A stretch of 63,820 nt of DNA, filler included, from Stramenopiles sp. TOSAG23-6 (Eukaryota): the NCBI GenBank assembly GCA_900128565.1. It is 13 parts of 13 records of this genome, joined end to end, with 100 filler letters (N's around TTAATTAATTAA, not from the genome) between each part and the next. Parts side by side here need not be neighbours in the genome. Positions count along the whole stretch, not along the records: positions 1 to 6,547 come from LT636681.1; positions 6,648 to 13,191 come from LT636682.1; 11 more parts are not named here. One strand, written 5' to 3'. Position numbers and translations under genes: made by a program. Below the pieces are notes generated by a model, which searched no databases, was not told the origin of the DNA, and saw nothing but the letters and a program-made list of their open reading frames with translations. This document shows, one piece after another, positions 1-11,909 of this stretch (the first letter of the stretch is position 1; each line of letters begins with the position of its first letter).

Positions 1-52
1 TACGAAATTTTGTACCTAACGATTTTTTTTGAAATATTTTTCCAAAATACAT
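1..52 (+). other. Stereotyped non-canonical intron, 3' part (ends ...CCAAAATAC-AT)
   Basis: TACGAAATTTTGTACCTAAC core plus GAAATATTTTTCCAAAATAC at the contig start, running directly into the VPS11 frame. Confidence 0.75.
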
Positions 53-2176
53 GTTCTAGCATCTGTTGGAGCTCTTACAAATGAAGGTACAGAACTGTCT
101 ACCTATAATAATATAAATAGTGGTCGTTATCTATTAGTTGGTGGTGATCACGTAGCTATATATGATCTTGTAAATAGATTTATTGCTTTTCATATGAACC
201 TAGGAAAAGTGACACAGTCATCAATGAATGAAGAAAGTCATACTATTTCATTTGCAGTTAATGTAAGTTTATGGAATGGTCGTGTTATAATGCTTACATC
301 TACAAATCAGATGTGGGCACTGCAGGAGAAAAGTACTAATTTGAAACTTGAATACTTATTCAAAAAGAATATGTATTCATTAGCTTTATCAATATTGGAA
401 AATGAATCCTTGATGCTTGCTAATAGTCCTTTTATTGAAGATGCAAATATGTTAGACAGTCTACGGCGTTCTATTAATGATGTCCATAGAATGTTTGGTG
501 ACCATTTATATAAACGTGGCGACTTCAAAGCGTCAATGTCTCAATATATTTTAACTATTGGGTATCTAGAGCCATCATATGTTATAGATAGATTTCTGGG
601 CTCAACAGCAAAAATGTCTTTATTAACAAAGTATACAGAAGAATTATATCTATATCATTCAAGTGTTGAACACACTGCTTTGTTATTAAGTTGTTATATT
701 AAAACACGTGATGATGATGAATTAAGACGTTTTATTCGACGGGAGGGGAAATGGAAAATACGAGGTGATGGTATAGAAGCTGTCGTATCTAATTATGATG
801 TAGCTGTGGCCATAAAAACACTTCGAGAACATGAATATTACGATGAAGCTTTATTTCTTGCCGATAGACATCATAAACATCAATTACATATACAGATACA
901 ACTTGAAGATCTTTCATGTCATGGTGATGCATTAGAATATATATCTAGACTTTCTTTTGATTCAGCAAATGCAGCGATGATGAAATATGGAAAAACACTT
1001 GTGAAAATGATGCCACGACGTGCAAGTGATCTTTTGCAACGATTATGTACTACGTATGCAGCAGATATGAATGATGACTCAGAGGATAATACAGACTCGA
1101 ATGTATTTTGTGAACCAGAAGATTTTTTTCATTGTTTTGCAGACAAACCTGTTGCACTTCAAGAATTTTTACAATTTGTTTTGAAAAAGCGAGGAAGTAA
1201 TATTTCTAGTTCTATTACACGTACTGTTCCTTGGGATACATTACTTGAATTGTTACTGTGTACATGGGAAGATATATCAAAACCATCAGATAATAGTAGT
1301 GATATTGATGATAGCAATGATTTGACCATTAACGTGAAGGGCGATGATAGTCAAGCGCGTAAAGATATTATGGATTTGTTGACAAATCCAGATGCTTGTT
1401 ATGATGTAGATTATGCTTTATGCCTTGTTCAAATTCATGGGTTCGTAGAAGGTCAATTGTTTTTGTTTACAAAGCTTCGATTGTATTCCAGTGTATTAGA
1501 ATTATACACTGATCGTGAAAGTGATGTTGGTATAATACAAATGTGTAAGGAGTATGGTGAAAATGATCCAAATTTGTGGGTACATTTACTGACACATTTA
1601 TCGTCAAAATATTGTAATTCTTCTACGGATTCAACAGAAATATATGAAAAGGAAGAAGAACTGACTGAAGTTCTTGAACATATTGATTCTCATGATCTCA
1701 TACCTGCTATAATGGTACTCAATATTTTATCATCGAATACAAATATACCGGTTCGTGTCGTAAAACCATATCTACTTTTTCGTTTTGAGAGAGAAGATGA
1801 ACAGCTGAATGACGATTTGATGGAAACAAATGAGTTTATCAAAGAATCTGATAGGATGAAAGAGAGAATAAAAATTCTTCAGACTGAGGCACAAATATTT
1901 TCTAATAGAAAATGTGCAAAGACAGGATTTCCATTGGAATTACCATCTGTTCATTTTATGAATGGTAAGTCGTATAATTTAGAAGCAATTGGTGAAGATG
2001 GGCAATGTCCTTCCCTGGGACCTCAGATACAACATGTACACGAAATAAGACAGCAATTAAAACGAAAAGCACAAAAACATGAAAAGTTTTTCGAAGAGTT
2101 AGAAAGTTCAGCGGATGGTTTTGGTAAGATTGCAGAGTATTTTGGTCGAGGGACACTTGATATTATGGGCACTTAA
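53..2176 (+). CDS. VPS11: Vacuolar protein sorting 11 (HOPS/CORVET subunit), 5'-partial
   Basis: HRMFGDHLYKRGDF...QYILTIGYLEPSYVI, clathrin-repeat-like helical region, LPSVHF and the C-terminal FGKIAEYFGRG are characteristic of VPS11. Confidence 0.9.
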   Translation, partial: VLASVGALTNEGTELSTYNNINSGRYLLVGGDHVAIYDLVNRFIAFHMNLGKVTQSSMNEESHTISFAVNVSLWNGRVIMLTSTNQMWALQEKSTNLKLEYLFKKNMYSLALSILENESLMLANSPFIEDANMLDSLRRSINDVHRMFGDHLYKRGDFKASMSQYILTIGYLEPSYVIDRFLGSTAKMSLLTKYTEELYLYHSSVEHTALLLSCYIKTRDDDELRRFIRREGKWKIRGDGIEAVVSNYDVAVAIKTLREHEYYDEALFLADRHHKHQLHIQIQLEDLSCHGDALEYISRLSFDSANAAMMKYGKTLVKMMPRRASDLLQRLCTTYAADMNDDSEDNTDSNVFCEPEDFFHCFADKPVALQEFLQFVLKKRGSNISSSITRTVPWDTLLELLLCTWEDISKPSDNSSDIDDSNDLTINVKGDDSQARKDIMDLLTNPDACYDVDYALCLVQIHGFVEGQLFLFTKLRLYSSVLELYTDRESDVGIIQMCKEYGENDPNLWVHLLTHLSSKYCNSSTDSTEIYEKEEELTEVLEHIDSHDLIPAIMVLNILSSNTNIPVRVVKPYLLFRFEREDEQLNDDLMETNEFIKESDRMKERIKILQTEAQIFSNRKCAKTGFPLELPSVHFMNGKSYNLEAIGEDGQCPSLGPQIQHVHEIRQQLKRKAQKHEKFFEELESSADGFGKIAEYFGRGTLDIMGT

Positions 2177-2600
2177 GTTTTTCTATAGTTTAACTTTTAA
2201 ATAATACAAAACTGCTATTTTTGAGTCAAAAAAATAAAAAATAAAAAGCAAAACTTATGATATATGATTATACATATGATATATTGGGCCAATCCAGAAC
2301 TTTTATTTCTAATTCCAATATAAACAGAAAGCAGATGTTACTGCAATATTGAAAACGGAAATAAAAGCAGCGTCAAAATTTATACCTCCACTATACTAAT
2401 GACGTATACACTGAAATGGTTGTATTTGCAATTTGGCGAAAATACAACACATTTTCCACGACATTGAATAAAACAGATATAAATTTCGTCCTCCTTCGAC
2501 AGAGATTTTTACGAGTTAAATGAGAAACATTCCTATTAAATAATCTTATAAAGAGTTATATATATACAAATGGCTCTCTAAAGGTTTACACACTAGAGCG

Positions 2601-2936
2601 TTATCCGTCTCTCTTCTCCATCTTTGGGCGACGGCGCTCTGGTGGGGAACGATTCTTACGATCTTTAACAGCGCGACCACGGACGATACGGCGATGAACA
2701 GCACAATCAATGCAGTAAGACATCTTGTAGTACATCTTAGGAATCTGGTAGTTCTCGTAAGCAGAAGCTTCTTTAATATCGCGCACAGATGACTGATCAC
2801 AGATGTTGCGGACTTGGAAACGCTTTACAGCCTTATCTTTAGCGACACGGCAACTGCATCCATCACAGTCAAGGAGCTTTCCGACGGAACCGCAGTTCTT
2901 GCGGGATCTTCCATGATTACGGCGTTTGACAGTCAT
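2601..2936 (-). CDS. RPS26: 40S ribosomal protein S26 (eS26), intronless
   Basis: MTVKRRNHGR...KDKAVKRFQVRNI...YCIDCAVHRRIVR signature. Confidence 0.97.
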   Translation of the reverse strand: MTVKRRNHGRSRKNCGSVGKLLDCDGCSCRVAKDKAVKRFQVRNICDQSSVRDIKEASAYENYQIPKMYYKMSYCIDCAVHRRIVRGRAVKDRKNRSPPERRRPKMEKRDG

Positions 2937-3100
2937 TTTCGTTTTGAGTGATTTGGTCGATGGCTGGTTGGTGGAGCAAAAAAGAGACCAAAAAACAGAA
3001 GGACAACACGAACAAAACGCCTGGAAGAGGAAAAAGACATAAAATTCGCTGAAATCATCAGTGAACCGGGTAACAACTTTATAAAAAGTCCTTTTTCTAA

Positions 3101-4420
3101 CTAAATGTCTGGGACCTTCCCACTCCTAAATATCTTCAGAAGCCAATCAGGATGACAAAAACGAACTCTCGGTCGTTTATCAGAAAAAGGAATATATTTA
3201 ATACCCAATCCTCTGAGTACATCTTCTTTTGTACTCAAAGTGATGACGTGAGAGGCATCACAAATATCAGTGACAAACTTTGCTCCAATTTTTTTTTGNT
3301 TTTGTCATCAAGTTATGAACATTTTCCACATTAAATAAAAGTATTCTAGCACCTGAGAGACATCCACTTGGATATAAAGGCTGAATTTTCTGACCACATT
3401 CTTGACATTCGAAAGTCCAATGAACCCAGGGACAAGGATGTGGAAGTTTAAAAAGTGTGTTACATTTTGGACATGTATTGTGAAAAAAACATTTAAAAAA
3501 AATATTTTTTTTAATCCGTTAGGTACAAAATGTCGTACGAAAAAACTTTCAAAAAAAAATAATTTTGAAAATGTACATTTTGTAGAAAAATGCAACGATT
3601 TTTCCTTATCTCCACGAATGGGAAGAGCTGAATGAGACAGAGCATTTTTTTTGTTTCCATCTTCATTATCAGAGTCGTTCTTAACTTTTTGTATAGGAGG
3701 AGACGACATTGGACTTAACAAATTTTGAGTCTCAGACATTGGACTTGACAAATTTTGAGTCTCAGACGATTCATCTGAAACTTTTTGTGGTTCGTTCTTA
3801 TTATTTGTTACGACTATAGGCTCAGGTTCATCTTCAGTATCTGATGCATCACCCTGGTCTGTAATGTCCGTCGAATTAATGGTCTTCAAATTGTTTGAAG
3901 ATTGAGAACTTGAAACAGATGGTGATGTACTAGAGTTCGTCCACATGATGGCTGTGGCTTGAACTTTTGCCATAGCAGCCTCTTCTTTGACTAAACACTT
4001 TTTCAATTGTTCCATTGCAAGATTTTGATTCTGCCGTATGTTCTTTATTTGTACACTCATATGAGCCGCCTTTTGGAAAGAATCTGCAGCATGTATAATA
4101 TCCTCAGTTGTCGATAGTGGATGAACACTAGAACTCAATTGCTTCGCGTAGTCTAAACAATCTCGGAAAGCTTGTCCAGTTTTCTTCCAAATGGTACTAG
4201 CTTTTGCTTCGTCCTCTTTTGCACGAGCCACTTTCTCTTGAGCATTTGCCAATTCCTGAAATGCGGCCATGGCATCCAGCGCACTGGGTGCTCGGACAGT
4301 CAACATATCCTTTTCAAGATGATGAGTGACTGTCTTTTGCTTCTTCCGAGCTTGGGTTTTTGGTTGAATGACATCGTCTAAAAGACGCTTCGTTGGACGA
4401 GACATGTGTGCACATGACAT
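3101..4420 (-). CDS. Coiled-coil/low-complexity protein with C-terminal CxxC..CxxC Zn ribbon and BRCT-like domain (2 exons; probable homopolymer frameshift near the N at 3299)
   Basis: After removing intron 3473-3576 the frame reads STK-CPKC...CQEC...LSGARILLF. After a 1-nt shift in the A-run beside an N it continues KIGAKFVTDICDASHVIT...RFCHPDWLLKIFRSG, a BRCT-like pattern. Confidence 0.65.
3473..3576 (-). other. Non-canonical intron GT..AT (104 nt)
   Basis: AT|GTACATTTT...CGTACGACATTTTGTACCTAAC...CACAATAC-AT|GTCC. Removal restores the Zn ribbon. Confidence 0.8.
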
Positions 4421-4764
4421 TTTATAAATCAAACACAGTGGCACAGTGTATATGTCAGTTTTAATGGGGTAAATAGATATAGACTTGGTAATAATATATT
4501 GTAAAGACGAAAACTAAAAAACTAAAAAGGTACATTGACAAATTCTTCACNAAGNTTTCGAGNAAAAAAAACGNTTTGAGNTTTGNCCGAAACACAATCT
4601 CAAAAATAACCCCGAACCCGAACCCTAGCCTAAAATAGTAGTTAACCGTCCGAATATAACGTCTTTTTGTTTTTATGTTTTTTTACATTTAGTATATACT
4701 ATACATAGTTCTGGCCGGCTTACGCTATTCTCTCCATTCCACACAAACGTTCGAGTCATTTACA

Positions 4765-6458
4765 ATGGCTAAGAAAGGGGGTACAACTACAATTAAGCTG
4801 GATTCTAGTATTGATTACTGCGAAAAAACTGAAGAATATCTCATTGAACATAAAGTGGAAAGTAAAATTAATGATATTTTGAATCGAACTCTACGAGAGC
4901 AACCGGACGACCCAATTGGTTTTATTGGGGCGAAGTTTGCTGATCAAGCTTTAAGTTTAAAAGGTATCCTTAATGTTGATGTTCATACTTCTGTTGATGG
5001 ATATGGTAGACCTGCTGTAACTGCACAATTAAAAACCTCACGGGGTACCTTTGTTGCTTCTGTATGCTGCGCTTCTGTAGAGCAGTCTGCAGTATTAATG
5101 CCTCTTCCTGCAACCAAAGAAGAGGGCAGCAATCTTGATGATGGTAACATTCGACCTACTTCAGCATTTGATTCTGGGGATGTTGATGAAGAAGCCAGTT
5201 GGCCAAGTGTATCTGTTCCTCCTTTTCATCCAAACATGGAAAGGATTGCACGAAAAAGAGCACTAACAGAAGCCATCAATTTTTTTAAGAAGAAAGAGGT
5301 ATTGAGTTCTATACTTGGAAAAGATCCTGAAGCTGATCAAAAAAGCATTGATGATGCTATTACAGATCTAAGGAATGAATATGTAGATGATGAAAGAACC
5401 CGAGTCTCGGAATTTAAGCATGACGAAGATAACGTAGTTGAAGCAAAAAAAACAGCACTTGAAGATGGAAAAGTTTCTGATGGTGAAGAAAAGGGAGATG
5501 ACAATGACAACAACAAGTCTGTACCATTATTTGATTTGTCCATTAAAGGAATCTCAAATGCATATGATACTCTACACAAAAAACAATATGCAATGAACGA
5601 GACTTTAGAGGTAGATCTTATGCTTCGCCATGTTTCCCTTGCTATATCTATTGCTTGCGCAAGAGCTGGTGCTGCTGATAAACAATGTCCACTATATAAG
5701 CATATTGCCTCCCTCGCTGATAAAGCAGATGAAATATATTTACCCGTCCCAGTGGTGGGTGTTATAAACGGTGGCATTTTATCCTCGAGTGTGTTACCAT
5801 TCAAAACTGTATATATTATACCAATGGTTCAAGACTCATTTGCAAATGCAATAAAAGACGCTACCTCTGTCGATTCAAAAGTTCGGGCAGTTGCAAAATC
5901 ATTTGGTACTGTAACTGAATCAGATTGTGGTGCTATTGAAGTTGCGTTTACTTTGACAGAAACATCACAAGATGAAGAATCTGACGGAATTGGTGCATTG
6001 GTCTCTGAGAAGTGTATGGATATTGTATTTAAAGCATTAGTTGAGTGTAATGCACCTGAAGAAGGTGTGTCAAAAGAAGTTGAAGAAAAAGACACCACTG
6101 CGGATGATAATACAGAAAATGCAGAGGAGGAAACAGAAAATGTAGAAGTTGAAGTTGATAAGTTGAAACTTGTTGGGGGCATGAGAATGGCGTTGGGCTG
6201 CTCCGCACAAACATTGTTTTCTCCGCCAACTGAACAAGATATCCGAAGTGGACAAAATTTAAGTGGAAGTTATAATATGGCATATAAAATTGAGACTAAA
6301 GAAGACAAAGAAAATGAAACTATTAATGAAGAAACTCTGGGTAAAATATACAGAAAATATATAGAAAAATACCCAATAGTAATGATTGAGGACGCATTTG
6401 AATCTCAGGGATGGGTTGGCTCTTCAGAAATTGTTGAAGAGTTTGGTAGAGATATCAT
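4765..6458 (+). CDS. Enolase-4-like protein with N-terminal RIIa/Dpy-30-like docking helix, 3'-partial
   Basis: EEYLIEHKV..ILNRTLREQPDDP N-terminus; DGYGRPAV, VSLAISIACARAGAADKQCPLYKHIA, LPVPVVGVINGG and KYPIVMIEDAF are enolase-like, with long acidic inserts. Confidence 0.7.
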
Positions 6459-6547
6459 GTATGTTTTATTTTTTTTCAATTTTTTGTCTACATTTTTTTT
6501 CGTACGAAATTTTGTACCTAACAAATTTAAGTTTTTTTTTTGAAATA
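6459..6547 (+). other. Non-canonical intron family member, truncated at contig end
   Basis: AT|GTATGTTTT...TTTCGTACGAAATTTTGTACCTAAC...TGAAATA. Confidence 0.75.
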
Positions 6548-6647
6548 NNNNNNNNNNNNNNNNNNNNNNNNNNNNNNNNNNNNNNNNNNNNTTAATTAAT
6601 TAANNNNNNNNNNNNNNNNNNNNNNNNNNNNNNNNNNNNNNNNNNNN
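6548..6647. other. Artificial contig linker (N-run/TTAATTAATTAA/N-run). The same linker recurs at about 13192, 19832, 26441, 33039, 39626, 46210, 52794, 59365, 60480, 61594 and 62708
   Basis: Identical 100-nt spacer with stop codons in all six frames, repeated 12 times. Confidence 0.97.
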
Positions 6648-7929
6648 TATTATCATATCTAAATTTTAAAGTGATTCATTCACATCATTTACATTGTAGT
6701 CCATGTTGTATGTCAAATCAATATTTGAAACATATATTGGCTCACATCTTAAGTACAGTATGCTTTGAAATTATAGTCAATGTGTTTGCATTTATTTCGT
6801 GTATACAAATATATATGATTGGACCAGATGTAAATCATAATCATCCTAATGTTATGTATGAAATATATACAGATGAAAATTCATCTAATGCATGGTACAT
6901 TATTGGAATTCTTCTTTGTGTATTTTTCACTTTTGAAGTTATATTAAAAATCTATGCATTTGGATTTCATGTATATTTTCATGACAAAACACATATTTTA
7001 GATACATTGTGTGTTTTGGCATCGTTTGCTTCCTATGCAATGACAATTGGTGATGATGAAAGAGTACTAAATAAGTCAATCGCACTTCAATTTGCTGGAT
7101 ATTTTAGAGTTTTATATAGTATGCGAATTCTAAGACTTGCAAGATCCATATCAGCATTACCATTGACACGTCATCATTTCATGACAATATATAGAATTAT
7201 TCCAGCAATGGGTCGAGCATTATGTGTTTATAGTACTGTACTTTACATATGGAGTGTATTTGCTATGCAATTATTACAAGGTAAGCTCACAGGATATCCA
7301 GTGGATAATGACGATATCTGTAATTCTCATTTGTATCAAAATAGTATAAATTCCAAGACTGCAAAATGGTGTGTGAATCGACGTGGACAAAATTTTGATA
7401 ATTTATTTAATTCTTTATTTTCAATGTTTACAGTAAGTATTCTTGGTTCATGGCCAACTCTCATGAATGCTGCTGAAGTGGCTTTACACAGTGAACTTAT
7501 CGCTCGAACATTTTTCATAAGTTTTCAAATATTTGTTGTAATAACTGCAGTACCTGTACTATCCGGGTATATAATAAGTACATATATTGAAATGTGGGAT
7601 ATGTATGTTTTATTTTTTTTTTTAACAAAAAAATCGAAAGTTTTTTTTCGTACGAAATTTTGTACCTAACAAAAATATTTTACTTTAAAAAATATTTTTC
7701 ACAATACATTACTGCAAGAGAAGGAATTCGTTTACGTGAAAGAGATAATGCTTTAAATGATCAAATATCTACAAGAAAATATTGGTGGAATTGGCTATTT
7801 CAAAAACATAAGGAAGTTGTTCATTGTCCTACTAGAAGTCATTGTGAAATGGAAGGTCATGGAAGTGTCAGAGAAATTAATATTCTTAGAATATACGAAG
7901 AAGTTCATGCAAAATATAATGTGTTTTGA
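6648..7929 (+). CDS. Voltage-gated cation channel-type (Ion_trans) domain, C-terminal fragment, 2 exons
   Basis: FTFEVILKIYAFG, S4-like RVLYSMRILRLARSI, pore NFDNLFNSLFSMFTVSILGSW, S6. Intron 7603-7709 joins WD to ITAREG. Confidence 0.8.
7603..7709 (+). other. Non-canonical intron GT..AT (107 nt; mirror copy at 12130-12236)
   Basis: AT|GTATGTTTT...core...CACAATAC-AT|T is in frame. An in-frame AG also lies 9 nt downstream. Confidence 0.7.
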
Positions 7930-8119
7930 AATAAATGTTTACAATTTTTTTTTGAAATTTTATGGAACAAAACTGTAATTTAAATTGTTGGAGATTTTCG
8001 TCGCGTCGAAGCGATAGTTCCGTTATAAGAAATTCTAATATCTATTCTATATGGCACTATACTAGTACTAGTACGTAGTAGGTACTTTACTATAATCTAT
8101 ATCTTAAAAAATACAGAAA

Positions 8120-9284
8120 ATGAATCCACAATGTGATACCGAGACGCCAACAAACGATGAACCGATAAAAGAGGAAACACTAGAAGAAATCAAGTTGAAA
8201 AGAATAAACACGCGTAAGAAGGAATTTCTTAAATATTTACGAGAGGAGGGTGTAAACAAAAAAGCTGCAGTCAAAGCCGGTAAAATTGCTGCTAAAGCTC
8301 ATAAAAAAGCAGTCGTAATATATGCTAGTTGTACTAAAAAGCTATCAGTGGCTCAGAAAAATAAAGAGCGTAGTGAAAATGAAAACGCCGTTGCTCTTTC
8401 AGCCTACAACAATGCTCTCGAAATTGTCACTCAACTTGAAAAGGAAAAACTTGAATTGGAAGATCCAAAAAAAACTGAAAAGCATAACAAAAAACTAGTT
8501 AAAGCTCAAAAGATTCTTTCAAAGAAAAAAGAAGTATCTTCTCTATGTAAAGAAAACCTTGAAGCAGTGACTGAAGTATACAATAAACAAAAAGAAGAAT
8601 ATGATGAAGCATTGAATGAATCTGTAGCTTCTGCTGGTGAATTGAATGCATATCTTGAATTATCTGGAGAAGCTGAAAAAATTGCATTAAAAACGATAAA
8701 GAAGAGAAAGTCTGAGTATGAAAATTTGAAAGTAAAATTATCAAAATCACAAGCTAAATTAAAAAGTATTGAAAATGAAAAAAACAAATCTGTTGCAGCA
8801 CATCAAGAAGCTTTAAAACAATTGAAAATAACAACAGAAAATAATGATGCAAATAATTCAGAGATTGAACGTCTTCAAGGTCTGATTAGTAGAGGTCAAA
8901 CATTTAAATCTCATAAAATTAAAATCGCTGCTGCAAGAAAAGACGTTGCCGTACGTTTTCAGTATGAATTTCAAATTTTTTTTTTCGTACGAAATTTTGT
9001 ACCTAACAAATTTCGAATNNNNNNNNNNNNNNNNNNCGAAATTTTGTACCTAACAAATTTCGAATTTATTTTTTTTTACAATACATGTACATAAAAAAAA
9101 TATTGAAAAAGCAACATTATTTATTCCAAAAGCTAAAGCAGCAATGGATGCAGTTAATTCTAGATACAAAACTCATAAAAATATTGTAGAAATCATGCAA
9201 AAAGATTTAACTCGAAGTCAACAACTTTTTGAAGAAGCAAAAGCGGAACATCAACGCCTCTCATCATTATTACCTGCATTATAA
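8120..9284 (+). CDS. K/E-rich coiled-coil protein, 2 exons
   Basis: Long heptad-rich ORF. Intron 8951-9086 joins KDVA to VHKKNIEK...LLPAL*. Confidence 0.65.
8951..9086 (+). other. Non-canonical intron GT..AT (contains an N gap)
   Basis: CC|GTACGTTTT...core...TACAATAC-AT|GTA. The next several AGs are out of frame. Confidence 0.75.
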
Positions 9285-9444
9285 AATTATAAGTTGAAAA
9301 CAATGCAAAACAAAATACATTATTACCTATATTGTAAGTGTAAAACAACGCAAAGACGAAATACATAAACGAAGTTTTAACCTTTAGTATTAAAAATGTA
9401 TTTGAATCGATTTGAACTTGAAATTTTTTATTCTATTGACTCCA

Positions 9445-9861
9445 TTACATATATTGATCCCAACACGATCCAGCGTTTACTGATTGTTGGTTGCTATTTT
9501 CGTGATGCTGAAAAGAATCATTGTATTGGTCGTTGTATTCTTCACAACTAGGATTATAAAATTGTCCATTGTATTGATTTTGGTGATTATTTTCACTATG
9601 CTGAAAAGAGCCTTGATATTGGTCACTATCTTCTTCACAATTAGGATTGTAAAATTGTCCATTGTACTGCTGTTGATTCCCCGAGTGATTATAATCATAC
9701 TGACTTTGATTGTAATTGTCGTAGTTATTATTATTATTATTCATGTCATTATTTACATATTGAACGTGTTCATCTACTTTTGTTGCAGCTGTCTCTAAAC
9801 GTTTTCCCCTTTCTTGATTACGCTGTTGAACTTCTATCCTTACTTCGTTTGACAGTTTCAT
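9445..9861 (-). CDS. N/Q-rich hypothetical protein (mirror copy at 10051-10467, + strand)
   Basis: ORF with an internal repeat (QYNGQFYNPxCEE...FQH x2). No recognisable domain. Confidence 0.4.
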   Translation of the reverse strand: MKLSNEVRIEVQQRNQERGKRLETAATKVDEHVQYVNNDMNNNNNNYDNYNQSQYDYNHSGNQQQYNGQFYNPNCEEDSDQYQGSFQHSENNHQNQYNGQFYNPSCEEYNDQYNDSFQHHENSNQQSVNAGSCWDQYM

Positions 9862-10627
9862 GTGTGACACACGTCATCAAACATGTTTGTTCCATCATCT
9901 TAAGGAAAAAAAGAGGGAAAAAATGGAAGGTTTTCTTCTATTTTGATTCACCATGCCAAATTATTTTGCTATAGAAGAAAACCTTCCATTTTTTCCCTCT
10001 TTTTTTCCTTAAGATGATGGAACAAACATGTTTGATGACGTGTGTCACACATGAAACTGTCAAACGAAGTAAGGATAGAAGTTCAACAGCGTAATCAAGA
10101 AAGGGGAAAACGTTTAGAGACAGCTGCAACAAAAGTAGATGAACACGTTCAATATGTAAATAATGACATGAATAATAATAATAATAACTACGACAATTAC
10201 AATCAAAGTCAGTATGATTATAATCACTCGGGGAATCAACAGCAGTACAATGGACAATTTTACAATCCTAATTGTGAAGAAGATAGTGACCAATATCAAG
10301 GCTCTTTTCAGCATAGTGAAAATAATCACCAAAATCAATACAATGGACAATTTTATAATCCTAGTTGTGAAGAATACAACGACCAATACAATGATTCTTT
10401 TCAGCATCACGAAAATAGCAACCAACAATCAGTAAACGCTGGATCGTGTTGGGATCAATATATGTAATGGAGTCAATAGAATAAAAAATTTCAAGTTCAA
10501 ATCGATTCAAATACATTTTTAATACTAAAGGTTAAAACTTCGTTTATGTATTTCGTCTTTGCGTTGTTTTACACTTACAATATAGGTAATAATGTATTTT
10601 GTTTTGCATTGTTTTCAACTTATAATT

Positions 10628-11719
10628 TTATAATGCAGGTAATAATGATGAGAGGCGTTGATGTTCCGCTTTTGCTTCTTCAAAAAGTTGTTGACTTCGA
10701 GTTAAATCTTTTTGCATGATTTCTACAATATTTTTATGAGTTTTGTATCTAGAATTAACTGCATCCATTGCTGCTTTAGCTTTTGGAATAAATAATGTTG
10801 CTTTTTCAATATTTTTTTTATGTACATGTATTGTAAAAAAAAATAAATTCGAAATTTGTTAGGTACAAAATTTCGACTGAAAACGTACGGCAACGTCTTT
10901 TCTTGCAGCAGCGATTTTAATTTTATGAGATTTAAATGTTTGACCTCTACTAATCAGACCTTGAAGACGTTCAATCTCTGAATTATTTGCATCATTATTT
11001 TCTGTTGTTATTTTCAATTGTTTTAAAGCTTCTTGATGTGCTGCAACAGATTTGTTTTTTTCATTTTCAATACTTTTTAATTTAGCTTGTGATTTTGATA
11101 ATTTTACTTTCAAATTTTCATACTCAGACTTTCTCTTCTTTATCGTTTTTAATGCAATTTTTTCAGCTTCTCCAGATAATTCAAGATATGCATTCAATTC
11201 ACCAGCAGAAGCTACAGATTCATTCAATGCTTCATCATATTCTTCTTTTTGTTTATTGTATACTTCAGTCACTGCTTCAAGGTTTTCTTTACATAGAGAA
11301 GATACTTCTTTTTTCTTTGAAAGAATCTTTTGAGCTTTAACTAGTTTTTTGTTATGCTTTTCAGTTTTTTTTGGATCTTCCAATTCAAGTTTTTCCTTTT
11401 CAAGTTGAGTGACAATTTCGAGAGCATTGTTGTAGGCTGAAAGAGCAACGGCGTTTTCATTTTCACTACGCTCTTTATTTTTCTGAGCCACTGATAGCTT
11501 TTTAGTACAACTAGCATATATTACGACTGCTTTTTTATGAGCTTTAGCAGCAATTTTACCGGCTTTGACTGCAGCTTTTTTGTTTACACCCTCCTCTCGT
11601 AAATATTTAAGAAATTCCTTCTTACGCGTGTTTATTCTTTTCAACTTGATTTCTTCTAGTGTTTCCTCTTTTATCGGTTCATCGTTTGTTGGCGTCTCGG
11701 TATCACATTGTGGATTCAT
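10628..11719 (-). CDS. Mirror copy of the coiled-coil protein
   Basis: Reverse complement of 8120-9284, with a collapsed intron. Confidence 0.55.
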
Positions 11720-11909
11720 TTTCTGTATTTTTTAAGATATAGATTATAGTAAAGTACCTACTACGTACTAGTACTAGTATAGTGCCATATAGAATAGATA
11801 TTAGAATTTCTTATAACGGAACTATCGCTTCGACGCGACGAAAATCTCCAACAATTTAAATTACAGTTTTGTTCCATAAAATTTCAAAAAAAAATTGTAA
11901 ACATTTATT

